64,000 nt of DNA from an uncultured delta proteobacterium (GCA_963782055.1 CAWAIF010000003.1:192001-256000), one strand, 5' to 3'; shown: positions 28,598 to 38,875, counted from the stretch's first letter. Translations and numbers: made by a program. Notes: a model not told the origin generated them from the letters alone.

Positions 28598-29566
28598 CTA
28601 CATCTCGACGCGATCCCGGCCCGCGTGCTTGGCGCGGTAGAGGGCCTGGTCGGCGCGCTCCAGCCAGTCCTCCAGCAGCGCTTCGGAGGAGGTGCCCGCC
28701 TGGTGACGCAGCTCGGCGACCCCGGCGCTGATGGTGAGGACCGGACGTGACTCCCCGGGCGCGTGCGGGATGGCGGCGCGCGTCACGGCCCCGCGCACGC
28801 GCTCCATGGCGAGCCGAGCCGTCTGCGCCGTCTGCTGGGGGAAGACGACCAAAAACTCCTCCCCGCCGTAGCGGTAGAGCAGGTCGCCCTTGCGTAGCTC
28901 CTCGCCGATGACCCGGGCGATGCTCCGCAGCACCTCGTCCCCGGCCAGGTGGCCGTAGTGGTCGTTGTAGGCCTTGAAGTGGTCGATGTCGCAGAGCGCG
29001 GCCGAGTAGTGCTGCTCGTAGCGGAGGGCGTTGTGGGCGAAGGCGCCCAGGTCCTCGTTCAGGGCCAGCCGGTTGCGGACGCGCGTCAGCGCGTCGATGC
29101 GCGCCGCCTTGAAGTTGCTCTCGCTGTCGCGGCGCAGGGAGCGGTTGCGCGCGCTCAGCGCCCGGTGCAGTCCCACCACGCGGCGCGCGGCGATCATGCG
29201 CGCCCGCAGCTCGTCGAAGTCCACGGGCTTGGAGATGTAGTCGTCGGCGCCGGCGCGCATGCCCTCCAGCAGGTGGGTCTTGTCGTCCAGCGCGGTGACG
29301 AAGACGAAGTAGACGTACGCGCCGCCGCGGCGCCTCACCTCGTGGCACAGCTCGAGGCCGGAGAGGCGCGGCATGCGCCAGTCGGCGACCACCACGTCCA
29401 CGTGCGCGACGTGCAGGATCTCCAGCGCCTCGACCCCGTCCCGCGCGGTCATGCACGTGTGACCCAGCTCCCGCAGAGTGGTCGCGAGGCCTCGCCGTGA
29501 CCCCTCGTCGTCGTCGACGACGAGGACGTTCATCCCGGTGGTCTCGTTGGGGTCGAGCGGATTCAC
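28598..29566 (-). CDS. Response-regulator diguanylate cyclase (REC-GGDEF)
   Basis: VVDDD, DWRMP, GADDYISKP; DIDHFK, RKGD I-site, GGEEF; start could instead be ATG 29533. Confidence 0.92.
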   Translation of the reverse strand: MNPLDPNETTGMNVLVVDDDEGSRRGLATTLRELGHTCMTARDGVEALEILHVAHVDVVVADWRMPRLSGLELCHEVRRRGGAYVYFVFVTALDDKTHLLEGMRAGADDYISKPVDFDELRARMIAARRVVGLHRALSARNRSLRRDSESNFKAARIDALTRVRNRLALNEDLGAFAHNALRYEQHYSAALCDIDHFKAYNDHYGHLAGDEVLRSIARVIGEELRKGDLLYRYGGEEFLVVFPQQTAQTARLAMERVRGAVTRAAIPHAPGESRPVLTISAGVAELRHQAGTSSEALLEDWLERADQALYRAKHAGRDRVEM

Positions 29567-29593
29567 GGCCGATCCTTGCCTGGAGCATCCAGT

Positions 29594-29609
29594 AGCAAGC
29601 CGTGTTCCG
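29594..29609 (-). promoter_or_regulatory. Putative sigma54 promoter (CGGAACACGGCTTGCT)
   Basis: GG-N10-GC with TTGCT upstream of the diguanylate cyclase. Confidence 0.4.
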
Positions 29610-29709
29610 CAGCCGCATTCGGCCTTGCGTGAGGCTGGCTCAGCTTGCCCCAGCGCACGCAATGCGTCCGTCCGCAATCGGAGCATCGCGTGGGGAGCCC
29701 GCGCCCACG

Positions 29710-30303
29710 TCAGGTGTCGAGCGCCTGGCGGAGCAGCTCCAGCATACGGTACGTCAGACCCCACACGCGGTGGCCGTTCACGTCCAGGCAGGGGAAGGTC
29801 CACACGCCGGACTCGTGCGTGTACTCGAAGGTGCCGGCGCCCTCCCCCCGGACGAGCGGGCCGAGCGGGGTCCACAGCGCCTCCGCCACCTCGGCGTTGG
29901 GGCGCAGCTCGCCGATGTCGGCCGCGGCGAAGACGAAGGGGGTGATGGTGAGGTCGGCGCGCTGGCTGCGCGCGAAGGCGGGCAGATCGGGGAGACGACG
30001 CAGCAGGCGGGCGTCGCGCTCGAGATGGATCCCCACCTCCTCCTGCGCCTCCCGGATCGCGGTATCGAGGAGGGTCGCGTCGGTGCGATCGCGCCGGCCG
30101 CCGGGGAAGGCCATGTGGCCGGACCACGGATCCCCCTCCCGCTCGGCCCGGCGGATGAGCAGGATCTCCGCTTCCTCCGGGCCATGCCGCAGGACGGCGG
30201 CGACCGCCGCGCGTGGGCCCGCCGCGTCCTCCGCCGCCGTCGCCGCCTCGGACCCACGGCGCAGCGCTTCGCTCACGCTCGCGAGGTCGAAGACGCGCAT
30301 CAC
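29710..30303 (-). CDS. Nudix CoA pyrophosphatase
   Basis: WSGHMAFPGG, REAQEEVG Nudix box, VWGLT. Confidence 0.9.
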   Translation of the reverse strand: MMRVFDLASVSEALRRGSEAATAAEDAAGPRAAVAAVLRHGPEEAEILLIRRAEREGDPWSGHMAFPGGRRDRTDATLLDTAIREAQEEVGIHLERDARLLRRLPDLPAFARSQRADLTITPFVFAAADIGELRPNAEVAEALWTPLGPLVRGEGAGTFEYTHESGVWTFPCLDVNGHRVWGLTYRMLELLRQALDT

Positions 30304-30367
30304 GCTCTTTGGCTAGCCACCCGCGCTCGCTTCGTCAACCTCCGCGCGGTTGAGCTACACTGCGGCC

Positions 30368-30874
30368 ATGGTCCCCTTCGCCCGCTCGCTCGTCGCCTGC
30401 TCCCTCGCCGTCCTCGGTGTCGTCGCGTGCAGCGGTGGAGGCGGGCCGGCCGCCGACTTCACCGGCAACTATACGGTTGCCATCACCAACAAGGACAACG
30501 GCTGCAACTACCCCAACTGGACCGTGGGCAACACCGCCAGCGGCATCCCGCTGACCGTCACGCAGAGCGGCGACTCGGTCACCGGCACCGTCACCGGCCT
30601 CACCGGGACGTACATGAACCTCGTGCTCGGCACGAACACGTTCACCGGGAGCGGCAGCGGCGCCACCGTCACCCTCACCGCGTACGGCACGCGCAACGCC
30701 ACGAGCGGCAACTGCGCTTACACCACCAACGCCATCATCTCCGCGACGCTGACGGGCGACGCCCTGCAGGGCACCATCTCGTACACCCCCAAGACGAACG
30801 GCAGCCCCGACTGCGGCGCGCTCGCCAGCTGCGCCTCGGTCCAGGCCATGTCCGGCGCGCGCCCCCCGAAGTGA
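30368..30874 (+). CDS. Hypothetical lipoprotein (beta-rich, Thr/Gly-rich)
   Basis: VVAC lipobox, high GC3. Confidence 0.72.
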   Translation: MVPFARSLVACSLAVLGVVACSGGGGPAADFTGNYTVAITNKDNGCNYPNWTVGNTASGIPLTVTQSGDSVTGTVTGLTGTYMNLVLGTNTFTGSGSGATVTLTAYGTRNATSGNCAYTTNAIISATLTGDALQGTISYTPKTNGSPDCGALASCASVQAMSGARPPK

Positions 30875-30881
30875 GTCGACG

Positions 30882-31631
30882 TCAGCGCGACTCGTAGACG
30901 CGTCGCGCGGGGAGCTCGAGGCAGGTGAGGAAGCCTCCCTTGCCGCAGCCGGTGTCGGTGACGATCACGTTCTCGCCGACCCACATGTCGAGCGGGTCCT
31001 CGGGGGTGAAGCTGGAGAGCTCCGGCGGGAGGTTGTCCGTCGAGGTGTGGCCGACGACGACCAGCTTGCCGCGGTACTCCAGGAAGAACTGCATGGTGCG
31101 GACCCAGAGGAGCACCGGCTTGTGATCGACCTCGGAGGGGTGGAGGAAGCGGCCGTCGTGGACGGGCAGGCCGGCGTGGACGTAGATGGCGTGATCGTCC
31201 TCGTAGTAGTAGCCGAGCGAGTCCATCCAGGAGATGACCTCGTCCGGGAGGAAGTCGCCCGCGAGCATGTGCGCCGTCTCCTCCTGCGTGGGGAGATCGC
31301 CCTGCGCGTACGACTTGCCGGCGAAGGAGCGGTACGCCGCCAGGCAGCCGTTGCCCTCCGGCATGACGAACTCCGGCCAGCCGCCGGAGACCACGCGCAG
31401 CCAGCCGTCCTCGTGGTTGCCGCGCAGGGTCACCAGCTTGGCGGGCGTGACGGTGGGGAGTCGGTTGCGCAGGAAGTCGACGACGTGGGCGGTGTGCGGC
31501 CCGCGGTCGAAGTAGTCGCCCAGGAAGACGAGCGTGTCCTCCGCGTCGAGCTGGGGGAGCTTCCCCATGACGCGGGCGAGCGCGTCGATGTCCCCGTGTA
31601 TGTCACCCACTGCGAAGGTCCGCTTGGCCAC
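30882..31631 (-). CDS. Metallophosphoesterase (PPP-like Ser/Thr phosphatase)
   Basis: GDIHG, GDYFDRG, RGNHE, VHAG, GHT, DTG. Confidence 0.92.
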   Translation of the reverse strand: MAKRTFAVGDIHGDIDALARVMGKLPQLDAEDTLVFLGDYFDRGPHTAHVVDFLRNRLPTVTPAKLVTLRGNHEDGWLRVVSGGWPEFVMPEGNGCLAAYRSFAGKSYAQGDLPTQEETAHMLAGDFLPDEVISWMDSLGYYYEDDHAIYVHAGLPVHDGRFLHPSEVDHKPVLLWVRTMQFFLEYRGKLVVVGHTSTDNLPPELSSFTPEDPLDMWVGENVIVTDTGCGKGGFLTCLELPARRVYESR

Positions 31632-31695
31632 GGCCCCATCCTACTCTGGTCGCCCCGGAGTGGACAATCCGCGGGCCGCGAGGCGCGCGCCGCGG

Positions 31696-32154
31696 CTACT
31701 TCGACGCCGCGGGCGGGGGCCACGCCGGGAGCTTGAGCCCGCTGGGCATCGCCGAGGGCACCAGGTTCGTCGGGATGCCGGAGGGGAGCGTCGTGGGCAT
31801 GCCGGAGGGGACGGCGAAGGCGGGCAGCGCGGAGGGGACCAGCCCGGGCGGGATCCCCAGGGCCGGCAGGCCGCCCTCCGGCACCTGCATCACTCCGCCG
31901 TCCTGCAGCTTCACGCCCACCGCGCCGTTGGGCATCGTGACGAGCTGCGGCTTCGCGGTACTCCCGCCGAGCGGCGCCAGCGCGGCGGCGGTCGTCGTGG
32001 CCTCCGGCGGCGGGGCCGTCGCGGTCGCCGTCGCCGCCGTGTCCGTCGTGGCGGTCGTCGGCGCGCCGGCGTCGGGGACGGCCTCGGTGTGCTTGCAGGC
32101 GAAGATGGCGAAGGGGAGCACGGCGGGGAGGAGGAGCAGACCCACGGGGCGCAT
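31696..32154 (-). CDS. Hypothetical Pro/Thr-rich lipoprotein
   Basis: IFAC lipobox; PSGMP/PSGIP repeats at the C-terminus. Confidence 0.6.
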   Translation of the reverse strand: MRPVGLLLLPAVLPFAIFACKHTEAVPDAGAPTTATTDTAATATATAPPPEATTTAAALAPLGGSTAKPQLVTMPNGAVGVKLQDGGVMQVPEGGLPALGIPPGLVPSALPAFAVPSGMPTTLPSGIPTNLVPSAMPSGLKLPAWPPPAASK

Positions 32155-32249
32155 GACCGGAGACTACCAGAAGCGCGCCAGGCTGTGCCGAGGCCGGCAT
32201 CGCGGTCACGCCGCTGGTCACCGCCACCCCAGGCGCCCATAATGGGCCC

Positions 32250-33713
32250 ATGGCCGATGTCCCCCGGGTGCCCGGCCCGATGCTTCCGGAGGACGCCGCC
32301 CAGGACGCGGAGCCCGAGTCGCCGGCCCGCGGGAAGAAGCGCGCCGCCTCGCCGCCCACCTCGCGGCTCGGCCGCCTCGCCCGGCTCACCGCCCTCGCCC
32401 CGCGCGCGCTGCCGCTCGCCGGCGCCGCGGTCAAGCGTGCGCTCGGCAAGAAGCAGGACCCCACCGAGGAAGAGCGTCGGAAGGTGATGGAGACGGCGCG
32501 CAAGACGGCCGAGGCCATGCTCAAGACCCTCGGCGAGATGAAGGGCCTGCCGCTCAAGCTCGGGCAGATGGCGTCGTACATCGACGGCCTCGCCCCGCCT
32601 GGCTACGAGGAGCGCTTCCAGGAGACGCTGAAGAAGCTCCAGGCGAAGGCGCCGCCGCTCTCGCCGGAGGCCGCGGTCAAGGTGATCACCGAGGAGCTCG
32701 GCGCGCCCCCCTCCGAGATCTTCGCCGACTGGGAGGTCGAGCCCTTTGCGGCGGCGAGCATCGGGCAGGTGCACCGCGCCACCACGCGCGGCGGCGACCG
32801 CGTCGCGGTGAAGGTGCAGTACCCCGGCATCGACAGGGCGATCGAGAACGACCTGAAGAGCGTGCAGCTCCTGGAGGCGATGATCGCCCCGATAGGTCGG
32901 CGCTACCACTCCAAGGACGCCGTCGACGAGATCAAGTCGGTCTTCATGGCGGAGCTGGACTACACGCGGGAGGCGGAGGTCGCCGACATGTTCCGGCGCA
33001 TCCACGCCGAGGACCCCGACATCGTCATCCCGCGCGTGCACCACGCGCTCACCACGCGCCGCGTGCTCACGGCGGACCTCATCCAGGGGCAGGACTACGC
33101 GACCTTCTGCGCCACCGCGTCGCAGGCGGACAAGGACGCCGCGGGCGCCACCATCTGGCGCTTCATGATGCGCGCCCTCTTCAAGTACGGCATCCTGTAC
33201 GCCGACCCGCACCCGGGAAACTACCGGTTCCTCGGCGGCGGACGCGTGGGCTTTTTGGACTTCGGCTGCCACAAGCTGCTGCCTCCGGACCTGGTGGCCG
33301 GACAGAAGCGCTACATCACCGCGCTGATGGACGGCAACGAAGAGGAGTTCCAGCGCGCGTGCGTGGAGGTCCTCGGCTACGATCCGACGGACCCCGACGG
33401 CTGGCCGCTGTACCTCGCGTACACGCGCCTGGTCACCAAGCCCATCGTGGTCGACGAGGAGTTCACCCACACCCACGAGTTCGCGCGGGAGGCGGTGGCC
33501 TTCCTCGTGCGCAACACCAAGAAGATCGTCTTCAAGGAAGGCGACAAGCTGCCCACCTTGCCCAGGCCCATCCACGTGCCGAAGGACCACACCTTCGTGA
33601 ACCGGCTGCAGTGGGGTCTCGGGAGCGTGCTCGCCGGGCTGGGCGCGCGGGGCAACTGGCGCCGCATGGCGGAGGAGTGGGTGCGCGGCCCGCTTTACCC
33701 CATCCCCGACTGA
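32250..33713 (+). CDS. ABC1/AarF/UbiB-family atypical kinase
   Basis: KLGQ, AAASIGQVH, VAVKVQYP, ADPHPGN, LDFG. Confidence 0.93.
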   Translation: MADVPRVPGPMLPEDAAQDAEPESPARGKKRAASPPTSRLGRLARLTALAPRALPLAGAAVKRALGKKQDPTEEERRKVMETARKTAEAMLKTLGEMKGLPLKLGQMASYIDGLAPPGYEERFQETLKKLQAKAPPLSPEAAVKVITEELGAPPSEIFADWEVEPFAAASIGQVHRATTRGGDRVAVKVQYPGIDRAIENDLKSVQLLEAMIAPIGRRYHSKDAVDEIKSVFMAELDYTREAEVADMFRRIHAEDPDIVIPRVHHALTTRRVLTADLIQGQDYATFCATASQADKDAAGATIWRFMMRALFKYGILYADPHPGNYRFLGGGRVGFLDFGCHKLLPPDLVAGQKRYITALMDGNEEEFQRACVEVLGYDPTDPDGWPLYLAYTRLVTKPIVVDEEFTHTHEFAREAVAFLVRNTKKIVFKEGDKLPTLPRPIHVPKDHTFVNRLQWGLGSVLAGLGARGNWRRMAEEWVRGPLYPIPD

Positions 33714-33716
33714 CGC

Positions 33717-34271
33717 ATGGCGCTCACCGCCACCGTCCTGCGCTTCCAGATCGAGCTCTCCGACGTCGACCGTGGCGTCTACGAATCGCTCGACCTGCGC
33801 GTCGCGCAGCACCCCTCCGAGACGATGCGGCATGTGCTGACGCGCGTGCTCGCCTACGCGCTCTCCTTCGAGCCGGGGATCGCCTTCAGCAAGGGCGGCG
33901 TGTCCTCCACCGACGAGCCGCCGGTCGCCATCCGCGACCCGACCGGGGCCCTCGTCGCCTGGATCGACGTCGGCGCGCCCTCCGCCGACCGCCTTCACCG
34001 CGCGTCGAAGGCCGCGGCGCGCGTCGCCCTCTTCACCTCCGCGGACCTCGCGCCGCTGCGCCGCGAGGCCGCGAGGAGCCCGATCCACCGCGCCGCCGAC
34101 GTGGAGGTGTGGCTGGTGCCGCCCGCCTTCCTGGAGGCGCTGGAGCCGCACGTCGAACGTCACACCCGCCTCGCCCTGACGCGCAGCGAGGGGCGCGTCT
34201 ACGTCGACGCCGGCGAGGCGCACCTGGAGGCGGAGATCCGCCGGGTTTGTCTGGTAGAAGAAGACGCGTGA
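33717..34271 (+). CDS. yaeQ: YaeQ-family protein
   Basis: SDVDRGVY, AQHPSET, GVSSTDEP, WIDVG. Confidence 0.9.
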   Translation: MALTATVLRFQIELSDVDRGVYESLDLRVAQHPSETMRHVLTRVLAYALSFEPGIAFSKGGVSSTDEPPVAIRDPTGALVAWIDVGAPSADRLHRASKAAARVALFTSADLAPLRREAARSPIHRAADVEVWLVPPAFLEALEPHVERHTRLALTRSEGRVYVDAGEAHLEAEIRRVCLVEEDA

Positions 34272-35467
34272 CGGGTTCGCCGAACCAGCTCTTCTTGGCG
34301 GACAACCTGCCGCTGCTGCGCGCGCGCCGCCGCGCGTGGTCCGGGCGCTTTCGGTGCGCGTACCTCGACCCGCCCTTCAACACCGGCCGCACCTTCGACG
34401 AGTACGACGACGACGTCGACCCGCGCGCCTGGGCCGAGCGGATGCGCGCCGTGGCCTCCGCCGTCCACCCGCTGCTCGCGCCCGAAGGCGCCCTCTTCGC
34501 CGAGATCGACGACACCGAGCTCGGCGCGCTCCTGGGCGTGCTGGACGAGGTCTTCGGCCGGGCGAACCGCATCGCGGTCGTCACCGTGGTGCGCAGCGCG
34601 GCGACGGGACACAAGGCGCGCAACCGCGGCCCGGTGAACGTCACCGACTTCCTGCTGCTCTACGCGAAGGAGCGCGCGCGCTTCGCCCCGTCGCCCCTCG
34701 TGCGGCCGCGGCCCGGGCACGACCCGGCGTACCGCACCTACCTCGCGCGGCCCGACGCCCCCGACGCCGAGTGGACCTTCGAGCCGCTCGGCCGGGTCGT
34801 CGCCGAGCACCTGGGCCACGCGAGCGCGCAGGCGGCGCGCAAGGCCCTCGGCGCCCCCGTCTTCGAGATGGAGCTGGAGCGCTTCGCCCTCGCCCACGCA
34901 CGACACGTCATCCGCTTCGCCCAGCCTCGCTACGAGGCGATCGCCCGCGCGGCGCAGGCGCTGGTCGACCGGTCGAAGAAGGAGCCCTCCCGCGTCCTCC
35001 GGCTGGCGCGGCGCGGCCACCCCGACTTCGTGGTGCGCGGTGGCAATCGCGTCCTCTTTCTCGCCGACAAGGTGCGCGACGTGGACGGCGAGCCGCGCAT
35101 GGTCGAGCCGCTCACCAACGTGTGGGACGACATCGGCTTCCAGGGCATCGCGCGGGAGGGCGGGGTCACCTTCGTCCGCAACAAGAAGCCGGAGCGGCTG
35201 CTCGAGCGCGTGCTCCGGATGAGCACCGCGCCGGGCGACTGGGTGCTGGACCCCTTCGCCGGCACCGGCACCACGGCCGCGGTGGCGCACAAGATGGGAC
35301 GCCGCTGGGTGGCCATCGAGCGCGAGCCCGAGCTCCTCGCCCGGGCACGCGGCCGGCTGGAGCGCGTGGTGCGGGGGGAAGACGCCACCGGCGTGACGCG
35401 CTCGTGCGGATGGCGCGGAGGAGGTAGCTTCGAGGTCGTGCCGGCGGAGCGGAATGCGAAAGGTTGA
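34268..35467 (+). CDS. Site-specific DNA amino-methyltransferase (beta class, N6A/N4C), orphan
   Basis: YLDPPFNTG (motif IV) precedes KPERLL...VLDPFAGTGTT (motif I); GTGA overlap with the yaeQ stop. Confidence 0.88.
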   Translation: MTGSPNQLFLADNLPLLRARRRAWSGRFRCAYLDPPFNTGRTFDEYDDDVDPRAWAERMRAVASAVHPLLAPEGALFAEIDDTELGALLGVLDEVFGRANRIAVVTVVRSAATGHKARNRGPVNVTDFLLLYAKERARFAPSPLVRPRPGHDPAYRTYLARPDAPDAEWTFEPLGRVVAEHLGHASAQAARKALGAPVFEMELERFALAHARHVIRFAQPRYEAIARAAQALVDRSKKEPSRVLRLARRGHPDFVVRGGNRVLFLADKVRDVDGEPRMVEPLTNVWDDIGFQGIAREGGVTFVRNKKPERLLERVLRMSTAPGDWVLDPFAGTGTTAAVAHKMGRRWVAIEREPELLARARGRLERVVRGEDATGVTRSCGWRGGGSFEVVPAERNAKG

Positions 35468-37670
35468 CCTGGTGCTGGGCGCGCTCGTGGCCGTGGCCGT
35501 CGCGTGTCACCACGAGGCGGTGCCACCCCCGCCCGCGGCGGACGCCGGAGCGCGCCCGGCGACGAGCGCGCTCGCCGAGGCGGGGCCGGGGGCGGACCAG
35601 GGAGGGGACGCGGCCGCGAGCTCGCCCGAGTGGGCGGAGCTGTTGCGACAGGAGCGGTGGGTGGAGGCGGCGCGCGCCATCGACGGCCTGCCTGACGCCG
35701 AGAAGTCCGCGCCGGAGGTCCGCTTCGCGCGCGGGTACGCCGCGGCCAAGGCCGGCGACGGCAAGACCGCGCTGGTGGCCCTCGCCGGGCTGGAGAGCAG
35801 CCTGCCGCTGCTGGTGCCGTACGTGGAGCGGCTGCGCGCGGAGGCCAAGGCCACCGTGGGCCCCTTCCTCGAGGCCGCCGAGTACTTCGACAAGGGCTCC
35901 TCCGTCGACGACGCTCTGGCCGCGGCGCGCGCCTTCGTCGCGGCGAAGGTCCCCAAGCGCGCGCGCACCGCGTGCCTGCGCGTGCTCTCCGCTCGCCACC
36001 GGAGCCGCGCGGCGGAGGCGGAGGCGCGGAGCATCCGCATGCACGTGGCCAGCAAGTCGCCGCAGGAGACCGCGCGCGACGCGCGGTGGCTCCTGCTGCA
36101 CGCGCCCGACCTGTCCTTCGCGAAGGGCGCCGACGCCGCGCTCCACAAGGCCGACCCCAAGCACCCGCTCACCGGTCGCGAGGAGCTCGCTCGCTCGCAG
36201 GTGCTCGCCTCCGCGGGCCTGCTGGACGGCGCGCTGGACGCGCTGGACCACGCCCGGTGGGCTGCCGCGCCGAAGCTCACGCCGCTGGAGATCAAGCGGG
36301 CGCGCGCCGACGCGATGATGCGCGCGCGCACGCGATACCTCCCGGCGGCGGAGATCTTCCTGGAGACGTCCGCCGCGGGCGGACCGCACGCCGCCGACGA
36401 TCTGCTCTCGTCCGCGCACGCCGCCTCGCGCGCGGACAAGGACGACGTGGCGATCGCCCGCTACGCGCAGGTCGTCCGTCGCTTCCCTCACACCCCGCAG
36501 GCGGGGAGCGCGATCTTCCTCGCGGCGCGCCTGGAGCTGCTGCACGGCCGCTGGACGAAGGCGGCCGCCGGGCTGGACGACTACGTGCAGCACCACGGCG
36601 GCGGCGCCGAGCGCGCCGACGCGCTGCGCATGCGGGCGGTGGCCCACCTGATGGCGGGGGACGTCAAGCTGGCGCGGCGGCTCTTCGAGCAGCGGTCGGC
36701 GAGCGGGCGCGACGCCCTCGCCCGCGCGCGCATGGCCAACCTCGCGGCCACAGCCGCGCTGCGCGACGGCGATCGCACCCACGCGGTGGCGCGGTGGACC
36801 GAGGTGGCGCGCACCTACCCGCTCACGTGGCCCGCGCTCGTCGCGCGCGCGCGGCTGGCCGAGGCGAAGGCGCCCTTGCCCCCGGTCATCGACCCGGCGA
36901 AGGAGGACGGCGGGGCGCCGCTCGCGCTCCAGGTGAGGCTCCCGCCGCCGGTGGACGTGCTGCACCGCCTCGGCCTGGACGGCGAGGCGGAGGCCGCGCT
37001 GCGCGCGCGCGAGGGCACGGTCACCGGCGCGAACCCCTCGCGCGCGGTGGAGTCGCTCTGCCGCGCCTACGCCGAGGTCGGCCGCGGTCACCGCCGGCTG
37101 CAGGTCGCGCAGCAGGTCTCGGCGTCGGCGGTGGAGACGGCGCCGACCGGCGCCTCCCGCTGGGCTTGGGAGTGCCTCTTCCCCACCCCCTACGCGGGCG
37201 CGGTGGACGACGCCGAGATGAAGGAGACGCTCCCGACGGGCCTGGTGCACGCGGTCATGCGGCAGGAGAGCGGCTTCGACCCCGACGTGGTCTCCCCCGC
37301 GCGCGCGGTGGGCCTGATGCAGCTCCTCCCGGAGACCGGCAAGAAGGTCGCCGGGTCGATGGGCCTGCTCCCCGGCACGCTGGACCTCACGCAGCCGGGG
37401 ATGAACATCGCGCTGGGCGCGCACTACCTCCACGACCTCATCGTGCGCGCGAAGGGATCCGTCCCGGTGGCGGTGGCGGCGTACAACGCGGGCCCCTCGG
37501 TGATGCACTGGGTCTCGCAGATGAAGGGCATCGAGCTGGACGCCTTCGTCGAGTCGATCCCCTTCGCCGAGACGCGGGGCTACGTCGTGCGGGTGATGGG
37601 CAACCTCGCCCGCTACGCGTACCTGCGCTCCGGGGCGGCGGGGGTGCCGTCGCTCTCCATGAAGCTCTGA
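35454..37670 (+). CDS. Soluble lytic transglycosylase (Slt-like) lipoprotein with TPR-like region
   Basis: RQESGF, GLMQL, AYNAG, ETRGYV; lipobox VAC. Confidence 0.9.
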   Translation: MRKVDLVLGALVAVAVACHHEAVPPPPAADAGARPATSALAEAGPGADQGGDAAASSPEWAELLRQERWVEAARAIDGLPDAEKSAPEVRFARGYAAAKAGDGKTALVALAGLESSLPLLVPYVERLRAEAKATVGPFLEAAEYFDKGSSVDDALAAARAFVAAKVPKRARTACLRVLSARHRSRAAEAEARSIRMHVASKSPQETARDARWLLLHAPDLSFAKGADAALHKADPKHPLTGREELARSQVLASAGLLDGALDALDHARWAAAPKLTPLEIKRARADAMMRARTRYLPAAEIFLETSAAGGPHAADDLLSSAHAASRADKDDVAIARYAQVVRRFPHTPQAGSAIFLAARLELLHGRWTKAAAGLDDYVQHHGGGAERADALRMRAVAHLMAGDVKLARRLFEQRSASGRDALARARMANLAATAALRDGDRTHAVARWTEVARTYPLTWPALVARARLAEAKAPLPPVIDPAKEDGGAPLALQVRLPPPVDVLHRLGLDGEAEAALRAREGTVTGANPSRAVESLCRAYAEVGRGHRRLQVAQQVSASAVETAPTGASRWAWECLFPTPYAGAVDDAEMKETLPTGLVHAVMRQESGFDPDVVSPARAVGLMQLLPETGKKVAGSMGLLPGTLDLTQPGMNIALGAHYLHDLIVRAKGSVPVAVAAYNAGPSVMHWVSQMKGIELDAFVESIPFAETRGYVVRVMGNLARYAYLRSGAAGVPSLSMKL

Positions 37671-37671
37671 G

Positions 37672-38055
37672 TCACTTGCGCTCGATCAGCTCGACCTTGT
37701 AGCCCGTCGGGTCCTGGACGAAGGCGATCACCGTCGTGCCGTGCTTCATCGGGCCGGGCTCGCGCGTCACCTTGCCGCCCGCGGCGCGCACGCGCTCGAC
37801 CGCGGCGTGGATGTCGTCGACGCCGACGGCGACGTGGCCGAAGCCGTCGCCCAGGGCGTACTCGCTACGGCCCCAGTTGTAGGTGAGCTCGATGACCGCG
37901 CCCTTGGCCTCGTCCTCGTAGCCGACGAAGCAGAGGGTGAACTTGCCGTCCGGGTACTCGCGCTCGCGCAGGACGCGCATGCCGAGCGCCTCGCAGTAGA
38001 AGCGCTTGGACGCCTCCAGGTCGCCGGTGCGGATCATGGTGTGCAGGATGCGCAC
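37672..38055 (-). CDS. gloA: Lactoylglutathione lyase (glyoxalase I)
   Basis: LHTMIR, ELTYNW, GFGHVA, DPTGYKVE. Confidence 0.93.
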   Translation of the reverse strand: MRILHTMIRTGDLEASKRFYCEALGMRVLREREYPDGKFTLCFVGYEDEAKGAVIELTYNWGRSEYALGDGFGHVAVGVDDIHAAVERVRAAGGKVTREPGPMKHGTTVIAFVQDPTGYKVELIERK

Positions 38056-38062
38056 GTCGGCC

Positions 38063-38875
38063 TCACAGGAAGAAGTCGGGCAGCAGCTCGGCGCCGGGCA
38101 CCACGCTGTACTTGCCGAAGTCGGTGACGCCCTCGGCGCGGAGCAGGTCCTCGTCCACCGCGAAGTGACCCGTGTAGTTTACATCCTTCGTCAGGATGGC
38201 GCGCGCCGCGTCGGCCATGATCTCCGGCGTGCGGCCCTGGTTGCAGATCTCCTCGCCGCCCAGCAAGTTGCGCACCGCGCTGGTCGCGATGACCGTCCGC
38301 GGCCAGAGCGCGTTGATCGCCACCTTCCCGCGGAACTCCCCGGCCATCCCCAGCACGCACATGCTCATGCCGAACTTGGCCATCGTGTACGCCACGTGGG
38401 GCGCGAACCAGCGCTCCTCCATGTGCAGCGGCGGGGAGATGTTCAGGATGTGCGGGTTCTTGGCCTTCAAGAGGTGCGGCAGGCAGGCCTGCGAGGTGGC
38501 GAAGGTGCCGCGCGTGTTGATGTGGTGCATCAGATCGTAGCGCTTCATCGGCGTCTCCAGCGTGCCGGTGAGCGAGATGGCGCTGGCGTTGTTCACGCAG
38601 ACGTCGATGCCGCCGAACTTCTCCACCGCCTGCTTCACGGCGGCGGCGATCTGGTCCTCGAAGCGGATGTCGACGACGCAGGCGAGCGCCTTGCCGCCCG
38701 CCTTCTCGATGGCGTCCGCCGCGGTGTAGATGGTGCCGGGCAGCCTGGGGTGCGCCTCGGTCGTCTTGGCGGCGATGACGACGTTGGCGCCGTCTCGCGC
38801 GGCGCGCAGCGCGATGGCGAGCCCGATGCCGCGGCTCGCGCCGGTGATGAAGAGCGTCTTTCCCTGGAGCGACAT
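38063..38875 (-). CDS. Short-chain dehydrogenase, HSDL2-like
   Basis: GASRGIG, AAKT...HPRLPGTI, NNAS, YTMAK, LWPRT. Confidence 0.9.
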   Translation of the reverse strand: MSLQGKTLFITGASRGIGLAIALRAARDGANVVIAAKTTEAHPRLPGTIYTAADAIEKAGGKALACVVDIRFEDQIAAAVKQAVEKFGGIDVCVNNASAISLTGTLETPMKRYDLMHHINTRGTFATSQACLPHLLKAKNPHILNISPPLHMEERWFAPHVAYTMAKFGMSMCVLGMAGEFRGKVAINALWPRTVIATSAVRNLLGGEEICNQGRTPEIMADAARAILTKDVNYTGHFAVDEDLLRAEGVTDFGKYSVVPGAELLPDFFL

